From: Vicugna vicugna
Taxonomy: Eukaryota
DNA: 64,000 bases
NCBI GenBank assembly: GCA_013265495.1
Contig: MU061579.1
Coordinates: 62,001-126,000 of the forward strand
Direction of reading: 5' to 3'
The position numbers and the translations under genes are program-made. The notes under the pieces are model-generated. The model did not search any database. It was not told where the DNA came from and was given only the letters and a program-made list of their open reading frames with translations. Shown here in pieces: positions 25,270-38,683 of this stretch; the first letter of the stretch is position 1; every line of letters begins with the position of its first letter.

Positions 25270-25850
25270 CATGGAGCGTCCTGAATGGAATTGTTAAAAT
25301 GCAGACTAGATCTTATCATTTTGTCCACCAAAACTTTTAATTCTCTATTATCTTAGAATATAATCAACAATCCTTAGGTTTCAGGTAAGGCTCTGTTTGA
25401 AGTGGTCCCTTCCTGTATCTTTACTTTCATCTCATGTCATGTTCCCATCGTTTGCTAGACTCCAGCCCGCTGCCTTGTCTTGATTGCCTTGTCTTGATTT
25501 CCTTGTCATGACCGGAAATTTCCTCACCTTGAGGATTTTAAATGAGCTAGTTACTTTACCTGCATTTCCACCCCCCTCCGCATGCAGTTCATCTTTCTGA
25601 CTTTAATTCATATTCAAGATCTCCTCAGCTGTCGCTTTCTAAGTCTTCTTTCGTCCCCTAAATCGAACACTGTTTTGATTTCTCCTGGCACTCTTTATTT
25701 TGCTTCATATCACTAGATGTAATTATACATTGCTTGAATGAATATGTATTTGTCTCTTCTGCTCACTTCATGAAAACAAAGGTTATACCCATTTATATCA
25801 CAACTGTATCACCAGGTTCTAGCATATAATAGACTTTTATTGTAGAATAC
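25270..25850 (+). mobile_element. L2 3' fragment flanked by MIR pieces; contains a 14-bp tandem repeat near 25474-25510
   Basis: 'aaaatgcagactagatcttatca', 'tcttagaatataatcaacaatcctta', 'ctagactccagcc', 'cctcaccttgaggatttt'. Confidence 0.65.
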
Positions 25851-26415
25851 AGAATTAACATAATTCCTTGAAATTTATAGTCCTCACTAGAAAAGATGGA
25901 TGTTACTAACACTTACCTTGCAGATTGTTTTTACATAGGAAGTAGCACGTTTACAATATCTTCCCTGTGGTAGCTGTCAAAATATGTAATGTTAAGTAAT
26001 AGTATAAAGGACAGTGCATTTTAAAACAGTAAGTCAGTTTTGTTCTGCTAAAATGAATGGGGTCATACAAAGGGAACAGAAACATAAATATGACTGGTCC
26101 CCTATAGTTCAAATTTAACATATATTTTATTTGGGGGAACATTTACAAGGAGAGATGTAGCAGAATGCAGTGATCCCCGAAGCTGTTGTCTGGAAGAGGA
26201 GGGCTCAGGCTGGACTGGCCACACCTTGGAGCAGGTGTTAGTGGAGAACTCTCTCCATATCATGGAAGGTCAGGGATAGCCTGGAAAAGTGTACCATGGT
26301 GGAAGTTTCTTAGTCAAGAAAGTAGCCTTGTTAGAAATAGGGAACCTTCAGAGCCCGTTCTTTGTTTTCAGTAATTTCTTTCATTGAGTTAACTCAATCT
26401 TGATTCTTTTCAAAG

Positions 26416-26424
26416 CTACCAAAG
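26416..26424 (+). other. Candidate 9-nt micro-exon CTACCAAAG
   Basis: 'ttaactcaatcttgattcttttcaaag|CTACCAAAG|gtaagg'; splice motifs only. Confidence 0.15.
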
Positions 26425-26709
26425 GTAAGGAGAAAATTAGCCATCAGTGCCTGTGGCAATTATTCTTTCATAAGGGGGGGAATATATCAGAATTTTTGGC
26501 AGAGAAGGTTCTGGATTATTATTCATAGTAAAACTTACTATGTTCTTACTTTAGTTCTTTCCTTTTCCCCCCTACTACTTGGGCATCCAGAGTTCTTTTT
26601 CCAAATCACTGTTAGTGTTTTGTTTTTTTAAGTCACCAGCACTAAATGCCGTACTTGGAATCACAAAAATGCTTGCTGTGTGTTTCCTGAATACAATGAG
26701 TGTGGATCA

Positions 26710-26950
26710 TTCAGGGAGGTAGTAGTGTAATGATTCCACTGTGGAGTGAGACAGGCCAGAACTCAAACACCAGATACATTGTTTCTTGATGATGGAAAAT
26801 CGAGTTTCTGTTTCTTTTTCTATAATGATGACAGTAATACCCAGTTCTTAGGATTAATAGCAAATTAAAATAGAAAAGAGATTTTTTTAAATGCTTAATA
26901 ATGTAAATGGCGTATGATAAGCGAAAATACATGGAGGCACACACTATTAG
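26710..26950 (+). mobile_element. MIR SINE
   Basis: 'gtggagtgagacaggccagaactcaaacaccagat', 'ctataatgatgacagtaatac', 'aaatgcttaataatg'. Confidence 0.65.
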
Positions 26951-27629
26951 TTTTCATTTTGCTATTACCAGTTTTTCGATACTAGTATAGTTCAGTGTAG
27001 GACTTGAAAGATGATGAAGATAGAAAATGTAGTGAAGAACTACATGCACTAGGACTTTCAGTGAGGAAGGGGAGCAGATTAGAACGGAAAAGTTGAGAGA
27101 GTGAGCCCCAGACACAGAGGTAACAAGTACAAGAGGTTTGGAACTGATTTAGTGATTCAGACATAGTACGGAGCCTGTGAACTCTAAAAATGTGTAGCTA
27201 AACAAATGTGCTTTGTGTTTAATAAGGCAGAAGTGTCTCTTTTCAGGTATTCATGCCATGTGATCCTGGTAGAAAGATTGTGAGATTGAATGATGACCTT
27301 TAGTTCAGTTTTTTAATTAACTTAATACATACATCATGATTATCTTTATCAGATTATTTTGCCAGTTTCTTTCTCTCCTGGATGTGTGCAAAGAGAGTAC
27401 CACCTGTTTATTAGTATATTAAATTCGCTTAAGAAAAAGAACAACCACTCATTTTTGTTCTCAAGCACTAGGTTATCTTGTGAGTGAAGCAATTGAAGCA
27501 GGTCTTCAGTTTTCCACTTCATGATGTTTTTTTACCCTCAGCAGTTAACTGTTATTCAGTTATGCATACAGTAGAGGCTATTATTCAGCACATACTGAAC
27601 AAGAATCTCTTTGTGTCCATATATGTATT

Positions 27630-27830
27630 TTTTATTATGATGGTTAAAAGTATGAGTTGTAGAGTTAGTCTCTTTATTTACCATGAGCAAAGTACCTGAC
27701 ATGTCTAAACATCACTTCACTCACTAGTAAATAGGAGTGATAAGAGCATTATTGCATTGGCTTGTAGCAACAAGCAAATTAAGTAATGTATGTAAAGTGC
27801 CTGGCGTTCAGTACGTAAATAATTTTTGGT
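27630..27830 (+). mobile_element. MIR SINE
   Basis: 'tggttaaaagtatgag', 'ccatgagcaaagtacc', 'gtaatgtatgtaaagtgcctggc'. Confidence 0.7.
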
Positions 27831-28134
27831 CATATGACCCACAGACTTCTTTCACGTTGATCATTTAATTAAGATAAGGCTTTAAAGAAAACATACCTCA
27901 CATCCTTATTTACAGAAGAAAAATCTGAGATTTAGGAAGTTTATCTCATTTTGGTCTTATTTATAGTAGATGGTCAGAACAAGAATTGACCCAGGTATAA
28001 AAACCAAGATCCCATGAGAGCTTTCTAGTTTAATACCAGCTTGTGTGTGTGTGTGTGTGTTTTGCTTTCTTTGTGTACCTGAGGCTGTGAATCAATAATC
28101 AACAAGTCAGTTAGTGGGAAGAATAAAGGAGGGG

Positions 28135-28600
28135 AATTATGAATAATTTAGTTCAGTTCAGCCAGCTTTTACTGAGAACCTGATATAAAGAATGGATTAA
28201 ATATCTGAATCACATAAAATCCCTGACCAAGACAATCTTATAGTCTGTTATGAGAAATACACATTTACAGCATAGAATAAGCAGCACCATAAGTGTGCCC
28301 CAGACAGACTTGGCAAATGGAAACAAGAGGCTCACTCTGTCAGGGGAGGGGTAGTTGGTAGGACGGGGCATGTGTATTCTGGAAAGAGTCATAGGGAAGA
28401 TGATGCTAAAGTAATGTTTTAAAGGATGAACAGAGTTTCTTACATGAAGGTTCATCCTAGCTGGTGGGAAAAATTCCCAAGAGGGGACACGATGATTTTG
28501 AAAATAATAAGCTTAATATCACCTGAATTGAAACTTTAAAATTTGGCAGCAGTGGTAAAAAGGAATAAGACTTGTAAGACCAAACCATAAAAGTCCTTTA
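28135..28600 (-). mobile_element. L2 3' end
   Basis: 'ttcagttcagccagcttttactgagaacct', 'aaaatccctgacc', 'gaagatgatgctaaagtaatgttttaaaggatga'. Confidence 0.65.
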
Positions 28601-30974
28601 CTGAAATACAAGTTACATCGACTGAGGGAGTGTGAATATTCCCAGTGGAGAAAAAGGGAAATTGTCTTCTCTCTGTCTCAGAAATTTTCAAGCAGGAAAG
28701 AAGTCCTAATCATGGTCTCAAGCCACTCTGTTGGTGATGCTGGAAAATTCCAGGAGGGCAGGGTTAGAGATCGTTGTGCTTCGTGATCAGAAAGTCTGTC
28801 TCTTTGATTTACATGTGAGATTAAACTACCTTGTTTTACCTCTTGGGCATTATTCGGGGAATTAATGGTACAACACTGGGCATATGAGTGCCGCGGACAG
28901 AGAAATACCCAACTTGAGAGACAGCTCTCACAAGATAGGGTTAAATGGAATTTATATGGTCTCATTTCTAGCTACCGTAATCTTGGGATGTTGTGAAATC
29001 CCTTTTAGAGCACGAATTTAATAGAAGTCATCTAATTAAAAACCCACTAAATAATACTTGTTTTAGCTATTTCTTTAATTGAATGCATGCCATTTACTTT
29101 TCAAGGACTTTTAACTGCTGTCCCAGTTGAGACTTTAAAAAACAGCTGTTATTTTGACACAATATGGTAAGAGATCAGACATATTTCAGTTGATTGAGCA
29201 AATTAAACATGTAGGCCATTTAAAAATAAAAGCTGATAACTGTCCTAAAACTAATTATCTTACAATATTTCGTGGCAGCACCTGAAACTGAGCAAAGTTG
29301 AGACTTTGAGACTCAGTCACTGGGGATTTTAAATCTGATAGGGCCCAGTTTGGAACATAAAAACTCAAGTTCTCCATATCCAAGGGCTTCAGCAGTATAT
29401 CTGCTCCTTCACACACTTAATGGATACATCTGACTTTATCAGTAGGTGCTTCTGAGACAAAGCATTCCTTGCCCAGCAAACAGTGCTGCAGCTACATTCA
29501 TTAATAGAATTCTTTATATTTGTACAGGGATTACTGTCATGACAACAAGGCTCATTATTTTCAGAAGTGTGTGGGTATGTGGGGAGATAGTTAAATCTGA
29601 GTTTCTCTATGGGTGATAAAGAAACCGACGCAGGCTTTTTAGAAATCAACTGCCAACCAAATATAAAGATCCGAGTCCATCCTTCGTGAAACAACAAATC
29701 AGAGCAACAATTCATGGATTATCACCTATGGGGAATGAGACCAATACCTATGCTAAACTTTCTGAATAAATTCACTGGAAGACACTCTCAATGTGTATTT
29801 TTCACTATATTAAATATATAAAATTATTCAGAAGCATGCCATATAAAATTGTATTAATGAACTGGATATGCTCTAAGATTATTTTTGTTCCCCACCAAAT
29901 TCGTAGAAAATTGGTTGAGACTAAAATCTTACTGTTCATTCAATTGAACTGAAAATCTTCTCTAAATGTAACAGGTCACTTAGTGAAACATCGTTATTAT
30001 ACACATGCAAGAAAATATTTCATAAGTTTTACATCTCATGCGTTTTGGTTATCTTCTCGGCTCATCTTCAAACCACCCTTGTTCCAGACTGAACCCTTAG
30101 GCATAAGCTGTATTGATGGCCAGTTTGTGTGTTACAGAAACACAATAGACGTAAACACTACTTTCGAAGGCTAATCCTCGAAGACATGTGATGACATGGG
30201 TTAAGGCATTCAAAATGCATTAAAGAAATATTTGTCTCCTGTCCCAGGTTTCAACCTTTGTCTGTAGGTCTTCATCCAACTTACCTATCTGGATTCCGGC
30301 TTTAGTTTTTGGACTGAAAAGTTTCTCTGTCTTTCTCTTTCTCTTCTTATTCTAGTCTTGAATTTTTAAAATGTGCCATAAACATATGATATCCAGCACC
30401 CTTATTTAGGTATTTTGTAGTTTATTTTGCAGTAATAAGATTTTTGACAGGATAGTAGTCTTCATGCTTTCACCAATTGAATGGCCACCTATTTTCAGCT
30501 TATAAATGGATTTTTAGGGCTCAAAATGTAGTAGGAAACTGTTTAGTTACAGAATGGTTTTCCAACATATATATTCAAATACTATATATAGCCGTTAATT
30601 TTAGAAGTAAATGTAGTATCTAAAATCAGTATAACAAATACCATAGTATAATTTATATTGCTTGTATGTGACCTACTGAATTTATAATTATTAGAAGAAA
30701 TTTATCTTAGAATGTCTATGAAGAATTGAGAAATCTCTTCAGTGAAATGAATAGAGCACTTCCATTATAAAATACAAATAAAAGGCATTGTGTTTGTGGG
30801 AGGATTAGAATAGAAAGCTAAGACTACAAAAAGGAAAGTCTGCTTGCCCCTTATATTGTTACTGTTTTTCTTGAAGATTTAGGTTTTTTAAAAAATACAT
30901 TAGAATTATTTTCTCAAAAGTTACTAAACTACCAAAGTAATGCCCCTTATTAGCAGTTTATTTTCAATCATGTG

Positions 30975-31875
30975 ACTGTTTTAGTAGATATTTTTGATAA
31001 ACTTCAGTAATCGTTCACAATGAAAATTTTTAGCAAATTGGAATTAGAAAGAAACTTCTTATTCTGATAAGTATATGTACATTTTAAAAATTGCAGCAAA
31101 CCTCACACTTCATTTCGAAATGTTGAAAGATTTTTCTTTAAATTTGCCAAACCAAGAAAAAAAGTTCCCCACATCTCTACTCCTATTTCTCTTTGTGCTG
31201 GAAACCCTGACCTTCTCAGTAAGGCAACAAAAGTAAATACATTTGTAAGGACTGATCAAGAAGGATCAAAGTTGCTATTATTTTTGCATTATATTGTGTA
31301 CAGAAAATTTAGAAAAATCAACACATATTACAAATGTTACAACAAAATAATACAGAATAATCAATTGAATTTATATGTGTATACAAACCAAAAAACCTAG
31401 AACATTTTCAAAGAAATATTGAAATATTATAAAAAATAAAACATACATAGTAATTGATATCTAATAGGCAAGAACTCTTAGAAAATTGTTATACTTAAGA
31501 GTGATGCATTTGAGAATTGAATAAATCTGTTGATATTCCAGATATGGATAGGAAAACTCAATATTGTAAATACGTCAGGTGTCTTCAAATCGATTGATAG
31601 TTTTAATGTAATCCCAACCCAGTTGCAACACTTATTTTAGGAGAAAGCTGATTTTCAAATTTATAGGAAATCAATTGCAAAGAGTCAATAATTGCCAAGA
31701 TCATCTTGAAGGGGGAGAATACGGATTCAGGACTTGTTCTACAAAATATCATTTATCTATTATAAAGCTATATAAATTCTGCAGAGGAGAATTGGTGCAG
31801 GGATAGACCATAGAGAGGCTGGAAATAGATCACACATATAGAGATGCTTAGTATTTGGCAGGGGTCACTGAAAAG
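30975..31875 (+). mobile_element. Old L1 ORF2 fragment (RT region), degraded
   Basis: 'tttgataaacttcag', 'agcaaattggaattagaaagaaacttc', 'atggataggaaaactcaatattgtaaa', 'tattataaagctata', 'ggtgcagggatagac'. Confidence 0.85.
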
Positions 31876-32601
31876 TGACATAAAATCTCTCAACTCACCT
31901 TATTTTTGATTGTGTGTGCAATATTGAGGATGCAGTTTCTATAATCTAACTTTTGGGATTCATAACCTCATACTGAATTCAGCCAAAAATGTCTCCCAAA
32001 ATACTTTGGATTCTTAAAAGTCTGCACTTTTCATTTACCTTCTTACCCTTTTCTGTTTAAAAAGACAATACTTGGTTAAATGAAGGTGGACTTTGGTGAC
32101 CCTAAAGTGGTTACCAAGTTTACAGTCAGAGGCTGCATCAGTCTGCTTTTACCTTCCTGACCATTTTTTCTACCCTCTAAAGAGTGCTTAGAGCCTGATT
32201 TGCAACTCTGCAATTTTTGCCTCTTAATCTCCTTCTATTACTGAGCTGTTGTTAGATAACTAGAAATGGAATTATTTTGATAGACTTTTTTCTATTAATG
32301 CTAATTTTATTATAATTCAAAATTTTAAAGAGAATTATTAGGGCCAGCAAATTTGGGGCACTTGTTCAAGATGGACATTTTGAAAAGTGTTATTTTGTTA
32401 CTCTGTATCAGGGGCCCATAAAATTCTCAGATGCAATTCTTGGAAATAAATTGTTCCTGGAATTTAGACATGAAATGAAGTCAAGAGGAGGTGGAGACAA
32501 GGTTACACTTCCTCATCCTTATAATCCAGAGAGTTTTGGTCATTATGTAGATAGAAGAGACTAAATCCAATATTTTAATGTTGAGAAAAAGTAATCTGTA
32601 T

Positions 32602-33120
32602 CAGCTGACCTTAAACGGAGATCTGGAGAGTCCTGGAGGTTTCTGAGATACTTTGAAGCAATCGGCAAGGTCAAAACCATTTTCATAATAATATTATGAT
32701 AGTATTTGCATTTTTTATTCCCATTCTGTCATGAGCGTACAGTAGAATTTTTCAGAGGTTAATGGCATGTAATAGCAGAACAGATTGAATGCAGAAGCAG
32801 ATATGAAAATCAGCTTTCTCATATTAAGCCAGACATCAAAGAAATTTATAGAAGGAGAAAACAGTGCTATTTTCTATTATTTTTGTTTTGGAAAATACAC
32901 TTATTTTCATAAAAAACAAACCAGTATGTTAAGTAGTAGGGATTTTATTTGCTCATTTTAAATGAATTAATAATTAGATATATTGACTCATTTCTCATTT
33001 TTAGTTAAACATAGAGTAAACAATAACATATAACTCACTTAAACTGAAACTCTTTGGAGTCCTTAGGAAGTTTTTAGAGGGCAAACTTCTTGGTGCTGAA
33101 ACCAAAAAGTTTGAGACTTA
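32602..33120 (+). mobile_element. MER119-like hAT-Charlie non-autonomous DNA transposon
   Basis: 'aggtcaaaaccattttcataataata', 'cagattgaatgcagaagcagatatgaaaatcagct', 'tattaagccagacat', 'accaaaaagtttgaga'. Confidence 0.85.
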
Positions 33121-33559
33121 ATAATCTTAAATTTCTTTGACATTTTATTTCTTGAGATTATATTGTTATATGATTATCTAGTTATAATGCAACTTGTAGT
33201 TTTTATAAGGTTATGTGAACCCTCTTATTTCCTAGTTTCTGTGAGAACACAAAGAATTACGACTAATGGCAATAGATTTTTTTTTTAATTGAACACAATG
33301 GAATGGTTACTTTTTTCCATAGTATACTCTTACTGATTCGTGGCATTTGGTTAAATTTGATTTTTGGTTCTAGGAAGAACTTGAATGAGGAAACTAATTT
33401 TTGGTATTTTCAATTCTTTGCAGTATTCTTTTTAATGTTCTTTAAAGAGGAAATTGATATTTAACGTAATACCCAAATTTATATTTTATAATTGGAAGCA
33501 GAATTTATATCCACAAGAATACATTCAAACTTGATAAGATCAGCAACAGTGTTTGTTTT

Positions 33560-35260
33560 TTTTTTAATTTAAATTATACAGGAGTTTTCTCTATCAAAAT
33601 ATTTATATTTATGCTAAAGGGAAAAAATGTCCACCCAAATATATAGTTTTAAATCTCAATAAATATTTTACATATGTGTATAGCAACATAACCAGCATTA
33701 AGATCAAGTTATTGAGTATTTCCAAGAGTACGCTATTTGAGCATTCTTAGGCAATACATTGTCCCAGAGATAACTTTTACTTTAAAATTACAGATACATT
33801 TTGCCTATTCCTGAATTTCACAGAATTGGAACCCAGCATCGTATGCTCTTGTGTATGGGACTTCTTCTGCTCAATATTATATCAGTGATACTCGTCCCTG
33901 TTGTTGAGAGCAGCAGGGGTTCTCTTGGTGGTGTGATGTGTTTTTATACTGTATGAGGGTAGTACTGTGTACTTACTCTATTCTGTCTTGGGCTTTGGGT
34001 CATCTCAAATGTTAAGCTATTCTGAATTAAGCTGCTATGAACTCCTGTATCATTTGGAGGAAAAAATGATCTTTTTTCTTGGAATAAAATTTGGAAGTGG
34101 GATTCCTTGGTCAGGTGGTCATTTTAGTAGATGCTGGCAAACTCTTTTCCAAAGTGATTTAACTCATTTGTGTTTCCATCATCAATCCAGGTGTTCTGCA
34201 TCTTTGACCACCCTTCACATTGTCTAGCTTTTAAATTTTAGTCATTTTGTTGTACGTGGTGCCATGGTATCTTGTGGTCATTTTAATTTGCATTTTTATA
34301 ATGACAAATGCTCTTTAGCACCTTTTCATATAATTACTGACCATTTGAATATTTTGTGAAATGTTTCCTCTTCAAGTATTTTATGCATTTATACTCTGAA
34401 TATTGTAAAGTGTAGAAGTTATTTGTAGTCTCTCTATATCACAAACATCCTTTCCAGGTCTCTGGCTTCACTTTTCACTCTCTTAATATTGCCTTCCTTA
34501 AACAGAATTTTTAGTTTCATTAACTCCAAATTACTAGTATTTACTGTAATGATTAGTGATTTTTGTTTCCTTTAGGAAATCTTCGCTCTCTCAAGTACAG
34601 TAAATGCATTTTACTAAGTTTTCTTATAGAAGCACTGTTGCTTTATGTTTTACATTAGTTCTGTAAACAATTTCAAATAAATTATATTTTGTGAGTGAGA
34701 AAATGAGACTCATTTGTGTTTTTCCATACTGGTACACAGTTGACATGGTATTATTTATTTTAAAGACCATTCTTTCCAGAGTGGCCCCTATAGGTAAATC
34801 ACGTGGCCATATTACATAGTTTTGTTTCTAGGCTCTGTTTTACTTCTTTGATACTCTTGTTTTTTAGGAATTTTTAGAAATTCTGCCTTTAAATTGCAGT
34901 TTTAAAAATTTACATTTAAATTTACATACTGATTATATCATTTGGGTTTAAGTCTACCAGTCTCTTATCTTATTTCTCTCTATTCTTTTTTCGTTTTTCG
35001 TTTTCAGTGTTCTTTTGAATTATCTGAGGATTTTTCAGTATTCAATTTTATTTCCACTGTTGGCTTTTTAGACGTACTTCATTGTTTAAATTGGTTGTTC
35101 TAGGGTTTACAGTATACATATTTAATTTTTCACAATCTCTTTCAAATAATATTATACAACTGCACATTTAATGAAAGACTCATAGTATTTTCTCTCTTCG
35201 TGCTGTTTTCATGTATTTGGGCTCTTAGTAATTATATATAAATCGCAATGTTAATTATAA
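33560..35260 (-). mobile_element. Old L1 (L1MC/ME-like) 3'UTR/ORF2 tail plus an adjacent L1 fragment
   Basis: 'ttttgcctattcctgaatttc', 'cttcttctgctcaatattat', 'gctgctatgaac', 'ggcaaactcttttccaaagtg', 'ttttaatttgcattt'. Confidence 0.85.
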
Positions 35261-38200
35261 TACAGTGAACATTGGGTTGTGTCCCGTGAAGTTCTTTCTG
35301 CTTCTGGGCAGTCATGGCTGTCGGGTTCTAACCAGTTTCTTGCTGGCACTCGTTTAGAAGTAAAGCCCCTTTATGCTGGAGTTGGATATAATGCCATCAT
35401 CTGGACCATCCTCCTTGTCCTCCACCTACCTGCCCTGTGTTCCCACTTATCTAACTACCTAACACTACTGTGTATAATGTTAGAGAAAATATATTTTTAA
35501 CTTATCCTATTTGTTTAGTTCTTTAAAACACTGTATATTCTTTAATTTGACAAGGAATGATACCAAATAGTTTATTGTATTTGTATTAGTGTCATCAGCT
35601 AACACATGCAGAAACAAAACACTGAAGCTCTGTGGAAACAAATCAATTCAATGAATAATAATATATGCTATTATTACATATTGAAAGATAAATTATTCTT
35701 TTATTGAGTATACATTTTAATCCTTATTAATATTAACAAAACTTATATACACTAAAAGCATATACCCATAAGGAAAAAACATTCAAAATATAAATAAATT
35801 ACCCCTTATAATTTTTTTTCTATTTAGCAAAGTATTTGGAATTATATCTCTTAAGGGAATAAATACTAGCCAAATAACTTTATAATTACTATAAAAATGT
35901 GAATGATGGGGAGTAAGTAAAGCCTGTTTTTCTGGTCAACTTTAACTATTTAGGATTTCTTTTTTCAAATGTGCAATTTATTATGACTCCTTGCAAACTG
36001 ATTTGCATAGCTAATTTACTATGTTATCCATGTTTCTTCTAGCTAATTGAGTTGAGTTTTAGTATTTTATTTGCAATAAAATGTAAAGTGTTGCCATGTG
36101 AATAATAGTGGCTATGAGTAAAACTTAATAGTTACCTACTAAAAGTAAATTTAAATAATAAATTCATATCGCTCTCTGTAGCATGTCTACAACAGTGACT
36201 TAAAACTATTATTTACAGAGTTGAGAACAAAGTGCTCTTACTGAATCTCCTAACAGAGTATCCTTGGAGGTTGGATTTGCCCTCCAAAGTCTGTTATATT
36301 TGCCCCTAAAAAGTCTAAATTCTTTAAATATAAAATAAAAACAAAATAAACAACAATAAAACCACCAGTCAAGGGACAAAGTTGTTGTTATACTTTAAAA
36401 TGAAAATATTCTGTGTGACGTTGAACAAATCATTTAAATATGTGGGATTCAGTTTGGTCACTGACAAATGAAAGGGTTGAATTTGGTGATCTGTAGGATC
36501 TTCCAGCTCTCACTCTCTTTGAGTTCACTTGATAAGAACAAGACTTAGGGAAAGGTTTGCCCCACTTCCAGGGAGTAGCACTACTCTCATGGTTTCCAAG
36601 TGCTTTTACCAACATTCCAGAGCTCTTCTCATTGTAGAGAAGACTAAAGTGCCATTTCTGATTTCTGCATGGCTTCCTGAGGGGTGTAGGGTAGTCAAAG
36701 GAGGCACATATTGTACTGAGTAGAAGTACAGGTATTTTATGCAATATAATTCACTCCTCCTTCTATTTGTTAATAGACACTCACCATATGCATGCCCATC
36801 TCATATAAACATACATGTGAAGCTCTGTAGAGTGACATTAGTAGAAATAGTCAAATTGCAGCTTAAATATGTCAATAAATGCATACGTCAAAAAAAAAAA
36901 ACTAGGGAAAATCCACCTAGAAGATAAATGTGTGAGATCTTTTATGTATATTTTCCCTGAGCTGCCCTTTTGTAGTCTAACTCTCCAGTTGGGGGCCTAT
37001 GTCAGAAGCACTGCTCTTTTTTTGGAAATTATAATGCAAGACCTAGGAATTCACATCTTCCTTGCTGAGATTCATTCAATTTTCTTGCTAAGCCATTGAT
37101 ATTGAAAAAAGCAAATAATTTCCCTCAATTTGATGAAAACAAAATGAAAACAATAACAAAAATACCTTGTTTAGAATATCGTTCCTGCATTACAGAATAT
37201 AGTTAGTATATTCAGACAATCTGTAGACTATTATGTTCAGCTCACAGTGATACAAATTCAAAAGATGCCTTTTTAAGTTGAACTTAAGAAAAATATAATC
37301 AGAAGTTGGTGAATCAGACCATAACATTTTTCTTTGGAAAATACCAAAGAAAACTGGGCTCCTTAGCTTGGAAATACATGAGAGGTGTGTTCAAGTATGT
37401 GACATTATAATTTGGAACAGAAAATGGATTTATTCTTTGCGTTTGCACAAGAAGAGTAAGAACCAGGCAAAACTTTCCTCCACATACGGGTTTTGTAGTA
37501 AAATTGAAATGGAAAATCTTTAAAAGTGTCAGTTCGCTACCACTGGGTGTTTTCATGGGGAACCTTCCTTGCAACCTATCAGGAAATGTGATTCCTAATG
37601 GCAGACTGTCATGTATTTTGTACCTGAGGTCTACAAATCTCTCTGAGACATTGGCACACTTGCAATTTCATGCACTTATCTGTTAGGATGGACCTGGAGG
37701 TGGTCCAGTTTTGAAAATACAGAAAGTAAGATGACTTGAACTTATTTGGAAATTGTTCTCCTTTTTCAAATAAACAGTACAAAGACTCTAAATGACAGTG
37801 GTGTTCCTACGGAACATGACTCCCCACTTTGTCTTTTATCTTTCAGAGGCAGTTCTGTTGGTTAGAGATTTGGAGTAGTCTCCTGTGGAGTTAGATGCAC
37901 ACTAGGTTAGTGGAGACTTAAGTGCAGGTAACCTGCTTCTTATGTCATTGTTCAAGTCACTGCTAAAAACAAACCAAAGTGAACCAAACTAGATTCAGCT
38001 AACACTATCTTAAAAGTCAATCTTTATAGGGCCAATAATTATGCCATATGCCTGAATTCAGAGATTTGAAAGTTTTGCTTTGTTGTTGGTGAGGAAATCT
38101 TCGTTACATTCCAATTCTTTGAACTTTTGTGTTTACATCCATTTAATGGCCTGCCATCAGATGTCTTTGTTTGAATACATGCATTTTCCTGAGTAGAGGA

Positions 38201-38315
38201 AGGATAAAGGATCTATCATTCAAAAATTAAACCATGAGACACACAAAAGCTTGAAAGAAAAACTTGGTCAGTTGAATAATAGTTAATTGATCAATTCATA
38301 CTTAGTTAACGAGCA

Positions 38316-38683
38316 TGTCTTAATCAGTTCAGCCTGCTGTAACAAATTACAGTAGACTGGATGGCTTAAAGTACAAATACGTATTTCTCACCATTGTGGG
38401 GGCTGGGAGATCCAAGATCAAGGTGCTGACAGATGTGGTGTCTAGCGAGAGTCCACTTCCTGGTATGCAGATGGCTGCCTTCTCCTTGTCACCCCACACA
38501 GCAGAGAGCAGAGATAGTAAACAAGCCCTCAGGTTTCTTCTTATAATGGCACTAATCTGAACTTGAGAGCTCTACTCTCATGACTGAATAACCTCCCAAA
38601 GTCCCCAACTCCAAATACCATCTCATTAAGGATTAGGGTTTCAAAACATGAACTTTGAGGGGACAGCTATTTGGTCTATGACA
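38316..38683 (-). mobile_element. MLT1A-like MaLR solo LTR
   Basis: 'tgtcttaatcagttcagcctgctgtaacaaa', 'tccaagatcaaggtg', 'cttataatggcactaatc', 'gattagggtttcaaaacatgaactttgagggg'. Confidence 0.92.

Noticed and set aside
30279..30320. Possible 29-nt minus-strand exon with a GTAAGT donor
   Set aside because: Acceptor region is purine-rich and the length is not frame-preserving
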